In this document: piece after piece, positions 19,830 through 27,668 of the stretch
Layout: each line of letters opens with the position of its first letter
Position numbering within the stretch: position 1 is the first letter of the stretch
Origin: Candidatus Micrarchaeota archaeon
GTDB taxonomy: Archaea; Micrarchaeota; Micrarchaeia; Micrarchaeales; Micrarchaeaceae
DNA: 64,000 nt
Direction: 5' to 3'
NCBI GenBank assembly: GCA_021785805.1
Contig: JAJYEJ010000001.1
Span: 1,940-65,939, forward strand
Program-made: the position numbers and the translations under genes
Notes under the pieces: model-generated
Database searches by the model: none
What the model was told of the DNA's origin: nothing
What the model saw: the letters and a program-made list of their open reading frames with translations, nothing else

Positions 19830-20613
19830 AGGGCTATTGAACTTTATCATGGCGTACTTCAAGCTTAACCTGCAGTCTGCGATGGAGTACCGTTTCAACT
19901 TCATCATATTGGCGTTTGGCATGTTCATAAATGATGTTGCCTGGATCGTCTTCTGGTGGATAATCTTCGCTAAGTTCAACACCATAAACGGATGGAACTT
20001 CGGCAACCTGCTCGCCATGTACTCTATCGTAACCATAGGGTTTGGAGCTGCGACATTCTTTGTAGGCAACTGGCAGCGCATCGCGGAGAACGTGATAAAA
20101 GGTAGGCTTGACTACTATATGGTGCTGCCAAAGCCGTTACTCATACATATGTTGATCAGCAGAAGCGACTTCTCAGGTATGGGAGACCTGCTCTTCGGCA
20201 TAGTGGTTGGGGCTTTCGCCTTCCTGGCAGGAGCTGTGTCTTCTGTCCCATTCTTCATACTGCTCACTGCGATGTCTACGCTCATACTGATAAGCTTTGG
20301 TATAATCATAGGATCGCTTTCGTTCTACTTCGGCGGCACTGGGGAATTTCAGGAGACAGCGCTCGGAAGTGTGATAGCGCTCTCTACTTATCCGTTCTCT
20401 GTCTTCGGTGGCTTCATTAGAATTATTCTGCTCACAGCAATACCCGTGGGTTTCATTACGGGAATTCCCGTGTTGCTGCTCCAGCAGTACAACGCTGCTT
20501 ATATGGGCTATATGATAGTGGCGACTCTGGCATCCGTGACGGTTGCATCACTTATGTTCTACGCTGGACTGAAACGCTATGAATCCGGGAACCTGATAAA
20601 CGCGCAGATATAG
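19819..20613 (+). CDS. ABC-2 family transporter permease (second subunit)
   Basis: Polytopic membrane protein. ATG 19819 overlaps the stop of the previous permease by 11 nt. The three-gene layout (ATPase plus two related permeases) is typical of uncharacterised ABC-2 systems. Confidence 0.75.
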   Translation: MGARGLLNFIMAYFKLNLQSAMEYRFNFIILAFGMFINDVAWIVFWWIIFAKFNTINGWNFGNLLAMYSIVTIGFGAATFFVGNWQRIAENVIKGRLDYYMVLPKPLLIHMLISRSDFSGMGDLLFGIVVGAFAFLAGAVSSVPFFILLTAMSTLILISFGIIIGSLSFYFGGTGEFQETALGSVIALSTYPFSVFGGFIRIILLTAIPVGFITGIPVLLLQQYNAAYMGYMIVATLASVTVASLMFYAGLKRYESGNLINAQI

Positions 20614-20674
20614 CGGGTAGTGGAACTTCTGTCGACATGGCAAACCTTTTTAACCTTGAAAGCGAATATCTAGC

Positions 20675-20730
20675 GTGATGATAATGCACTACGCCGAGCT
20701 TAACGCTGTGACGAAGATCTTGAGTGCTGA
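20675..20730 (+). ncRNA. candidate C/D-box sRNA (2'-O-methylation guide)
   Basis: The layout is C box GTGATGA (20675-81), a 12-nt guide, D' CCGA (20694-97), a 10-nt spacer, C' GTGACGA (20708-14), a 12-nt guide, then D box CTGA (20727-30). A TATA-like tttttaacc lies about 25 nt upstream. No obvious terminal stem. Confidence 0.4.
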
Positions 20731-20753
20731 TATACCAATGGAAAGGTAATCCG

Positions 20754-20963
20754 ATGAGGATTTCTTCGAAAATAGTAAAGAAAGCGATGCGTAGGCGCTC
20801 GGATGTAGCGATAAGCGAGAAGGCCGCCGCAGCGATAGCCAAGATCCTTGAGGAGAAGGCGAACTCCATAGCGATTTATGCTGTGAAACGCGCCAAGAAG
20901 AACGGCAGGAACACGGTCACCAAGGAGGATGTGGATAACTATAGATTGAAATTCGGCGGTTAG
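20754..20963 (+). CDS. archaeal histone (single histone fold)
   Basis: AISEKAAAAIAKILEEKANSIAIYAVKRAKKNGRNTVTKEDVDNYRLKF aligns with the HMf-type [45 protein letters not shown]. I prefer the start at ATG 20754. Confidence 0.8.
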   Translation: MRISSKIVKKAMRRRSDVAISEKAAAAIAKILEEKANSIAIYAVKRAKKNGRNTVTKEDVDNYRLKFGG

Positions 20964-21536
20964 ATGTCGACAGGCAACCAAGTAAGCGCCACAGCCACAT
21001 GCACGATAGCGAAGGGACCAGGAGGCAGGATGAAACTGCACCATTATGATGACAAGGGTGGCAGGACAGTGCTATGGGAACCGATAAATGGAGCCGTAAT
21101 CGAGACGATATTCGATCTTGAGGGTGGTATATTGGTGCAGTCGCTCCTTAAGATAGAGGGCACTGGGATAGTGGAGAGGATTGGCTCTTACATGGAGAAC
21201 GCAGGTCTGAAGGAGCCCAAGGAGGCTGATTTCTCCGATGTGAAGCTCGACAAGAAGTGCCCGAAGTGTGGCAGCGCCGCGCTTGAAAGGAAGGCAGGCA
21301 AAGTCACTGACTACAATGAGGTGCCGGTCATGCCGATATATGACTGTGCGTCGTGCCAGTGGAGAAGTTACTACCTGACGGACACCTATCTGACATACCT
21401 TGTGCACAACCATAAGGAGCTTTTTGACAATGAGGAATCGACAATGCTGGCTGTAAACGAGGCGCAGTTCGTTAAAGACCTGAAAGAGTACATAATAAGA
21501 ATATTTGCATCCAAACGGATATTGTGTGTAAAGTGA
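20964..21536 (+). CDS. hypothetical zinc-ribbon protein
   Basis: It has CPKCGS...CASCQW (two CxxC pairs). The start abuts the histone stop (TAGATG). An alternative start is 21030. Confidence 0.5.
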   Translation: MSTGNQVSATATCTIAKGPGGRMKLHHYDDKGGRTVLWEPINGAVIETIFDLEGGILVQSLLKIEGTGIVERIGSYMENAGLKEPKEADFSDVKLDKKCPKCGSAALERKAGKVTDYNEVPVMPIYDCASCQWRSYYLTDTYLTYLVHNHKELFDNEESTMLAVNEAQFVKDLKEYIIRIFASKRILCVK

Positions 21537-21562
21537 TTTATACATAGGCGAAAGGTGTTTTC

Positions 21563-21805
21563 ATGGCAATATTGGTATCAGAGCTGTATGGGAAGCAGAT
21601 AATAACGAATACTGGACAGAGGATTGGGATGGTAGAGGACGTCATACTTGATTTCGAAGGCGGGACTGTGGCGAACCTTTTGCTCAAGAAGATTGAGGAG
21701 CTCACCCGCGCACAGAATACAGGAGCGCTGCTCAGCAAGAACAGCGTGAAGTACGATAGGGTAAAGAGCGTATCCGAGACTATAATCGTAGGATCCGGAA
21801 AATAA
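21563..21805 (+). CDS. PRC-barrel domain protein
   Basis: 80 aa. SELYGKQIITNTGQRIGMVEDVILDFEGGTVANLLL matches the PRC-barrel pattern. Confidence 0.7.
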   Translation: MAILVSELYGKQIITNTGQRIGMVEDVILDFEGGTVANLLLKKIEELTRAQNTGALLSKNSVKYDRVKSVSETIIVGSGK

Positions 21806-21816
21806 GCGCTTCCCTC

Positions 21817-21823
21817 TTTTTTT
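21817..21823 (+). terminator. oligo-T terminator after the PRC-barrel gene
   Basis: A T7 run lies 12 nt after the stop codon. Confidence 0.45.
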
Positions 21824-21952
21824 ACTCGAATAGGCACTCTGGAGCATAGGTGTACTTGTATTTCCCAGGTGTAAGGAGCACTCCGTATACCGAGCGGGGC
21901 TCGGATGCCAAGGTCACCAGTCTGCCAATTAAGTCTAAGCGCTGACAGTCAG

Positions 21953-22084
21953 TCAGCCAGTAGGCACTTCCTTAGACAGGTTCGGCCTTTGCTTTGTCAG
22001 CACCCTACTGCCGCAGTAGTTGCACCTGACGAAACCCTCTAACATCTTGAGCCTTTTTCCGCATTTCATGCATATGTACGCCAT
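21953..22084 (-). CDS. rpoP: DNA-directed RNA polymerase subunit P (Rpo12)
   Basis: Own translation: MAYICMKCGKRLKMLEGFVRCNYCGSRVLTKQRPNLSKEVPTG, 43 aa with a CxxC...CxxC zinc ribbon. It sits at the conserved superoperon position near L37ae. Below the ORF-track length cut-off. Confidence 0.85.
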   Translation of the reverse strand: MAYICMKCGKRLKMLEGFVRCNYCGSRVLTKQRPNLSKEVPTG

Positions 22085-22101
22085 GATAGCACCTTTTCCT
22101 T

Positions 22102-22467
22102 CTACTTGCCCATCCTCGTCTCCTTCAGCCACTTCACGAAGTCCGTGTGCAACGAGGACCTGCTCGTGTTTATCACACGAATCTTCGCCTTGCCATTCAG
22201 ATGTTCATCGTTCAGTTCAAGCACAGGCTCGTAAGTGTCCAATTTCACATAGTGCACCTCAGCCCAGTGGATTATGCCGTTGAGATAGTCTTTCGTTATG
22301 TCCTTCGTCATCGGCATCGATGAGAAGCTGAACAGTATGCCATTACACCAGTACAGCGGTATGGTACCGGCTGGCATCACCCGTTCCCTGAGAAGGTCAT
22401 CCATATTCACATCCAGGCATTCGTGCACTATGAGTTCTCTTGTCGGGGAGAATATTACATCGGTCAT
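22102..22467 (-). CDS. hypothetical protein embedded in the exosome superoperon
   Basis: 121-aa ORF tightly packed between rpl37ae and rpoP. No family recognised. It does not look like Pop5 or Brix. Confidence 0.55.
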   Translation of the reverse strand: MTDVIFSPTRELIVHECLDVNMDDLLRERVMPAGTIPLYWCNGILFSFSSMPMTKDITKDYLNGIIHWAEVHYVKLDTYEPVLELNDEHLNGKAKIRVINTSRSSLHTDFVKWLKETRMGK

Positions 22468-22487
22468 TCTTTCACCATTACCTTGAC

Positions 22488-22748
22488 TTATTGACGCTTT
22501 GGCTTCCTTGTCATGTCTTCTATGAGCCTCTTCGCTACCTCACCTTCAGGTGTGCTCAACGTGAAGGCGCCTCCCGCATACGTGGCGTTGCAGTGCCTGC
22601 ATTGCCAGATACTGGTGCTTATTCTTTTCACGGCCATCTTGCCGCATGCTTCGCATCGGTATCTAGACTGCTTCTTCTTTTTGACCGCGTTGTATCTCTT
22701 CCTTATGCTTGCGCCGTATCTTATGCTAGCGTTAACCATACATAGCAC
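22488..22748 (-). CDS. rpl37ae: ribosomal protein L37Ae (eL43)
   Basis: RYGASIRKRY followed by the zinc ribbon CEACGK...CRHCN. Confidence 0.92.
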   Translation of the reverse strand: MLCMVNASIRYGASIRKRYNAVKKKKQSRYRCEACGKMAVKRISTSIWQCRHCNATYAGGAFTLSTPEGEVAKRLIEDMTRKPKRQ

Positions 22749-22749
22749 C

Positions 22750-23538
22750 TTATTGCTCGCTTACCTGACTCACATATTTGTTTAGTTCGTTGAACTTCTC
22801 GGTAGATATACCGACAAGCTCGTCGATCTCATGCATGGACAGGTTGCCTCCGATGCCTTTCTGCATCGCCCTCACCAGCTTCCCGTCATTTGTGATGGTG
22901 AGTCTCGTGTCTGCGGTGTTCTCCTCATGGATGTCCATGTCGAGTACCAAGGCATTGCCTATCTTTCCGAATGTGGTTGACAGTGCCACATTGTCTATCT
23001 TTAACTTATCTTTCCTCTCACTATATATTGCTTTGCCATTCTCCTCCTTAGGCACCTTCGTGGTCTTTAGCGCACACATAGCAGCCAATGCGCTAGCATC
23101 GAATAGGTTCCCATCGTAGTTCAGCACATATAGATCGATGAACACTGTCCATGCCTTCTCTGCGTCTATCGAAAGGCTGCTCAGGTCTATGGCTTTTGCA
23201 GCCCTTATTCCCCTGTCGACCACCCTTGCGAGCTCTATAGACTCCGGGCTTGGAGGCCCGGTCTCGAACTCGGCGTGTGCCAATGGGAGAAGCTCTGCAG
23301 AGACCATCAGGTTACCTTGGTCAGGGGTATCCTCCATGGGCTCTTCGACCTGCATCTTGATTCCGACAAGCACACGTGTGGATCCGAGATCGACCTGCGC
23401 CGAACCTTCCGCATTCTCCACAAATCCCGCCTTTACGCTTACAGGTCTGAAATCAAACATTCCTCTTGAGTCTTCCCTGGAGCCTTTTGCAAGAAGCTCC
23501 CTGATGTATGCGCTCTTCAATGAATCTATTGCGTCCAT
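22750..23538 (-). CDS. rrp42: exosome complex component Rrp42 (RNase PH-like)
   Basis: RNase PH fold protein with REDSRGMFDFRPVSVKAGF. ATG 23538 lies directly after the rrp41 stop. The longer track ORF (to 23646) overlaps rrp41. Confidence 0.88.
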   Translation of the reverse strand: MDAIDSLKSAYIRELLAKGSREDSRGMFDFRPVSVKAGFVENAEGSAQVDLGSTRVLVGIKMQVEEPMEDTPDQGNLMVSAELLPLAHAEFETGPPSPESIELARVVDRGIRAAKAIDLSSLSIDAEKAWTVFIDLYVLNYDGNLFDASALAAMCALKTTKVPKEENGKAIYSERKDKLKIDNVALSTTFGKIGNALVLDMDIHEENTADTRLTITNDGKLVRAMQKGIGGNLSMHEIDELVGISTEKFNELNKYVSQVSEQ

Positions 23539-23539
23539 A

Positions 23540-24286
23540 TTAAACACCGTTGTATTTCTCCTCTGCATTTTTGTAGGTCTCCTTAAGTGCAGCCTTCTGT
23601 ATCTCGGATATTGCCTTGCCTGATTCTTTCGCCATCTCCATGGCACGCTTGACCTCCTCTCTCGTCATCTCGCCATCCATTTGCAGCAAGAGTACGTTGT
23701 TGTTCCTTGGGGATATTGCCATTGGCATATCGCTGTCGGAGTAGTTGTCCTCTATCATGTTCATGTCCAATACGAGTTCCGTGCCTATCTTTCCGACCGA
23801 TACGGCATATATTATGTCCTTCATGTGTATCCCCGCGTTAGCCAGAGCCACTGCAGCTGCAGTTATGCCGGCAGCCCTCGTGCCACCGTCGCCCTGCAAG
23901 ACCTCTATAAATACGTCTATCTCGCTGCCGGGGTATTCTGTTAGCAGCACCGTGTCCTCGAATGCTTCCCTTGTGACCTTGGATATCTCCGTGGCCCTTC
24001 TGTTCGGACCTGACCTGCCATGTCCCTCCAGTGAGGAGAATGGCGCCATTGCGTACCTGCACTTTATTATCGCCCTTGATGCCTCCGTCATGTGCTTTGG
24101 AAGCACCTCCTTAGGTCCGTATACTGCGGCGAGTATCTTGTTGTTGCCCCACTCCAGGTAGGCTGAGCCGTCTGCGTTCTTCAGAACCGCCGACTCTATC
24201 TTGAGCGGTCTTAGTTCGTTGAAACCTCTTCCGTCAAGCCTCTTGCCTTTTACTATGAGCTCGGGTTTATTGGCTTTTGATCCCAT
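23540..24286 (-). CDS. rrp41: exosome complex exonuclease Rrp41 (RNase PH)
   Basis: RLDGRGFNELRPLKIE and the GDGGTRAAGITAA motifs of RNase PH. Confidence 0.92.
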   Translation of the reverse strand: MGSKANKPELIVKGKRLDGRGFNELRPLKIESAVLKNADGSAYLEWGNNKILAAVYGPKEVLPKHMTEASRAIIKCRYAMAPFSSLEGHGRSGPNRRATEISKVTREAFEDTVLLTEYPGSEIDVFIEVLQGDGGTRAAGITAAAVALANAGIHMKDIIYAVSVGKIGTELVLDMNMIEDNYSDSDMPMAISPRNNNVLLLQMDGEMTREEVKRAMEMAKESGKAISEIQKAALKETYKNAEEKYNGV

Positions 24287-24314
24287 TGCATCACTTTTTC
24301 TACATTATTCTACA

Positions 24315-24992
24315 TTACATTTCTCGATTTATTCCTCGATTATGGTCAGCTGCAGCTGGAGCAGGGCTCTTCCGCCTCGCGCTGCCCTCTTCAAGCATCT
24401 TCTTTATCCTCTCGGTGAGCCCGCTGGTGTGTGCCTCATTCTCTATCTTCCTTATCGCGAGCGTCGCAAGCGCGATATCGCCTCCCCGCATCCACACCAT
24501 GCCGTTCTTACCCACTATTATGTATGTGCCGGTAAGGTCAGCTATCTGCCTTATCATTGTGTCGTTCCTTCCGACTATCCTCGGCACCTTTATGGGTTTT
24601 ATCGATATGAACGTGCCACCGTTCAGCACCTTCGGGTAAGCAAGTATTATCGTGTTCGAGTCCTCTATGTCCTTGACCCTTGCTTCTATCATGTCCCCTT
24701 CCTTCATCGGCTCCATTCTCCCTTCGAACCTGTCCATGCTTCCGATAAGTATGGCCCTTCCGAAGTACGACAGGTCTACTATGTACACCTTGCCCTTCGA
24801 CTCGGTGACTATGCCTATGACGGTGTCACCTATCCTTGGTCGCCATGACCCCTCCAATGGGACCAGTACGCCCTTTTCCTTTTCCAGTATTCCAAGTATC
24901 TTAGAATAGGTCTTGCCATTTTCTACGAACGCGTTCTCCATCCTTATGGGCTTATCGTATATCATATCGCCCGGAACGACTATATCTTTCAT
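24315..24992 (-). CDS. rrp4: exosome complex RNA-binding subunit Rrp4 (S1 plus KH)
   Basis: N-terminal VVPGD, an S1 domain (PRIGDTVIGIVTE) and a KH domain (VPRIVGRNDTMIRQI). Confidence 0.9.
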   Translation of the reverse strand: MKDIVVPGDMIYDKPIRMENAFVENGKTYSKILGILEKEKGVLVPLEGSWRPRIGDTVIGIVTESKGKVYIVDLSYFGRAILIGSMDRFEGRMEPMKEGDMIEARVKDIEDSNTIILAYPKVLNGGTFISIKPIKVPRIVGRNDTMIRQIADLTGTYIIVGKNGMVWMRGGDIALATLAIRKIENEAHTSGLTERIKKMLEEGSARRKSPAPAAADHNRGINREM

Positions 24993-25049
24993 TCTATCAC
25001 TTCACTTTTTCAACGTAATTGATTGATTGCTGCTGTTTATCCTTTTACT

Positions 25050-25730
25050 TTACATTATCTTGATTATCACTCTTCCCTGAGTGGCCTTGTTTATCTTGTC
25101 GAAGAATTCGCTCTGCATTCCAGCTGGGAATTCCAGGGACGCTTGCAGGCTCCCGTTCGAAAGCCATTCCTCCGATTTCAATCCGTACTGTTTAAGTATG
25201 CCGTAACACCTGTTTGCCATATCGGCAGGTATAGTCGCTTGTATCTTCGCTGTTGTGAATTTCAACGGGAGTATTGGCGACAGCTTCTTCACTATCTGCT
25301 CTATCTGCTCGTTGACATTCTTGAATGGATCTATGGACGCCTTTGCCTCCCTCATGGCGTTTTCTATCCTGAGCGGAGGGTTTGGCGCGTTGGTCCTAGG
25401 GTCAATAGAGTTCCTTGCGATTATATCTATGATCTGCTTCCTTTTCTCCTCGACCATCTTCGCTCTTTGCTCGGTGGTTATCGGGACATCTCCTTTCTTG
25501 AGTATCGTATCGGCTATCTTCTCTATCTCAAGCGTTCCGAACGCCTTCTTTAGCTTGTCCTCGCTCTGGCGCTCCCCTTTCCTTGCGTCCTTGAATACCT
25601 CTTCAGTCTCCAGGACAGAAAGGACGTCGTTTCGCTTGCCTGTGACGTATTCGTATGCACGATCCGCGTCGACAAGTATCTCGAATTCGTCTCCCGTGTG
25701 GCTGTATTTTACTATGACCTGTTTTGACAT
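25050..25730 (-). CDS. SBDS-family ribosome maturation protein
   Basis: [24 protein letters not shown] is the SBDS N-domain signature. It sits at the conserved position between psmA and rrp4. Start at ATG 25730. Confidence 0.88.
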   Translation of the reverse strand: MSKQVIVKYSHTGDEFEILVDADRAYEYVTGKRNDVLSVLETEEVFKDARKGERQSEDKLKKAFGTLEIEKIADTILKKGDVPITTEQRAKMVEEKRKQIIDIIARNSIDPRTNAPNPPLRIENAMREAKASIDPFKNVNEQIEQIVKKLSPILPLKFTTAKIQATIPADMANRCYGILKQYGLKSEEWLSNGSLQASLEFPAGMQSEFFDKINKATQGRVIIKIM

Positions 25731-25753
25731 CTGATCACGAGTACTGCACTGAA

Positions 25754-26449
25754 TCAAAGGTACTCTCCTATCATCTCAGGGGTGAACATGACATATCCGT
25801 CCTTCTTGGTTATCCTGGCTATGTCTATGCTTGATGCCGTTAGCTTTCCTTCAGCTACCTTCTTCACCACGCTGATTCCAAGCTTTACCGCTTCGTCCAT
25901 GCTCATGTCATCCTTGTACTCCTTGACAAGTATCTCCTCCGCTGTTTTCTTTCCAGATCCTATTGCGTCCGCTTTATATCCCAGGAACGACGCACCGGCG
26001 TCGATTTCGAAGAGCTGTGGCTCCCTGCCATATCCGGCTACGAGAAGCGATATTGCGTATGGCCTTACGCCGCCGTACTGTGTCGCTATCTGCATCTCAT
26101 CGGCTATCTCTCTCGAGATGGTCTCGATGGATTCCGTTTCGTCGTATATCATCCTGTGCGACTGTGTCCTGTGCCGCATTATGTTTATTATGTGAAGACC
26201 GTCAGATACCAGGCCGCTGTATGTGGCACCGACGAACGAGTCTACTCTGAATATCTTCTGTACCGTGCTAGGTATGGCCAACGGCTCCGATATGTTCTTA
26301 TGGGCGAGAAGGACGACACCGCCATCTGCGACTAGCCCTACGGATGTGGCTCCCTTTCGCACAGCCTCCCTTGCGTAGTCCACCTGGAACAGCCTCCCGT
26401 CAGGGCTGAACATCACTCCCCTATCGTACGCTTGTATATTTGGGTACAT
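25754..26449 (-). CDS. psmA: proteasome subunit alpha
   Basis: [23 protein letters not shown] is the alpha-subunit N-terminal signature. Confidence 0.95.
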   Translation of the reverse strand: MYPNIQAYDRGVMFSPDGRLFQVDYAREAVRKGATSVGLVADGGVVLLAHKNISEPLAIPSTVQKIFRVDSFVGATYSGLVSDGLHIINIMRHRTQSHRMIYDETESIETISREIADEMQIATQYGGVRPYAISLLVAGYGREPQLFEIDAGASFLGYKADAIGSGKKTAEEILVKEYKDDMSMDEAVKLGISVVKKVAEGKLTASSIDIARITKKDGYVMFTPEMIGEYL

Positions 26450-26485
26450 ACCTATTCACCGATTCAACATGATGGCTTGATGCGC

Positions 26486-27061
26486 TTATGCGGCGTTTGC
26501 CAGTTCCAGCTTCCTTACCTCCACCTTGTTCAGATCAGCTATGTGCTTTATCTTCGTGGTGAGGTCTGCCTGGAACTTGCCCTCTATTATTGCGCTTATG
26601 GCGGCATTTGCCTCATTTTCCTTGAAATATAATCTCGTGAAGTCCTCTGCTTCCTTTCTTATTCCTACGATCTTGGTGTGTGCGGTCCTTCCCCTTGTGA
26701 CCACTATCACCTTTACGACCGCTCTTATGCCGTCCTTCGACGCCACAGGCACCACTACCGAGGATACGCTCCTGTACTTCCTTACGAACGATCTTATGTA
26801 GCTCGGCACCTGCTCTATGCCGATGAGCTTCGTCTTGGCGGATTCGCCATTGACTTCGGTTATCTTCAATACGGCATTCGTATAGGCATGGGATGGGTTG
26901 TGCGTCAGCGAGTCGAGGCTGACCACGACGTTCCTCCCTATCGCCGCTTTTTCATCGTTAGCCGGCATCTCCCCTATGATCGCCTCATTGAATATGCGAG
27001 GCGCCAGGATGGAGAACCATCTCTTCAGCTTCCATTTGTCAATTCCTTTCTGTACTGCCAT
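26486..27061 (-). CDS. rps3ae: ribosomal protein S3Ae (eS1)
   Basis: KWKLKRWFSILAPRIFNEAIIGE is typical of the S3Ae N-terminus. Confidence 0.9.
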   Translation of the reverse strand: MAVQKGIDKWKLKRWFSILAPRIFNEAIIGEMPANDEKAAIGRNVVVSLDSLTHNPSHAYTNAVLKITEVNGESAKTKLIGIEQVPSYIRSFVRKYRSVSSVVVPVASKDGIRAVVKVIVVTRGRTAHTKIVGIRKEAEDFTRLYFKENEANAAISAIIEGKFQADLTTKIKHIADLNKVEVRKLELANAA

Positions 27062-27097
27062 GGTTTCACTCTTGCTTTAGTATAATCACATTGTTGG

Positions 27098-27568
27098 TCA
27101 CTGCTTGCCCTTTATCAACAGGGCTGCAGTCTCTGGGTCGTATCTCCATGATTGCGGAAGAACGCCCTCCCTCATGTAGTACTTGGCCAGCCTCCATATC
27201 TTGGACTCTATGCGGCGCAGGCGTATGGTGTTATAGGTATCCTTATTGTTCTTGCCGAGATGTATCCTCATCTTTACCGCTGTTTTCATCAGGTCCAGGA
27301 TATCTGAAGGCATGCTCCCCTCGAGACCTTTCTGCTTAAGGAACTCGGAAAGCCTTATCCCAAGGTACTGCCTAATGTATGGGACGTTGTGTTCCCTCTT
27401 CATCCTTTCGCCTATTAGGGCCGGACTCATGCCCTGCTTAGCATAACCTGTTATCAGCTCCTCGATCTGCTCCTTCGTAACGGTAGCGGTGCTAGGTATC
27501 GTGCCTATCTCCACTACAGGCTTCCTCGATTTTGATTTCCCGTGCTTCTTCGTATGCATTCTTGCCAT
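27098..27568 (-). CDS. rps15: ribosomal protein S15 (uS15 / S13e type)
   Basis: MARMHTKKHGKSKSRKP start and C-terminal RIESKIWRLAKYY. Start at ATG 27568 rather than 27631. Confidence 0.9.
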   Translation of the reverse strand: MARMHTKKHGKSKSRKPVVEIGTIPSTATVTKEQIEELITGYAKQGMSPALIGERMKREHNVPYIRQYLGIRLSEFLKQKGLEGSMPSDILDLMKTAVKMRIHLGKNNKDTYNTIRLRRIESKIWRLAKYYMREGVLPQSWRYDPETAALLIKGKQ

Positions 27569-27668
27569 TATAACACTCTGTTGATGATTTCCGTCAAATG
27601 TCAGGTTAATGATCATTCTTGATGCCAACATTCACGTAGTTGGACCAGGAGAACAAAGCACATGTGCC

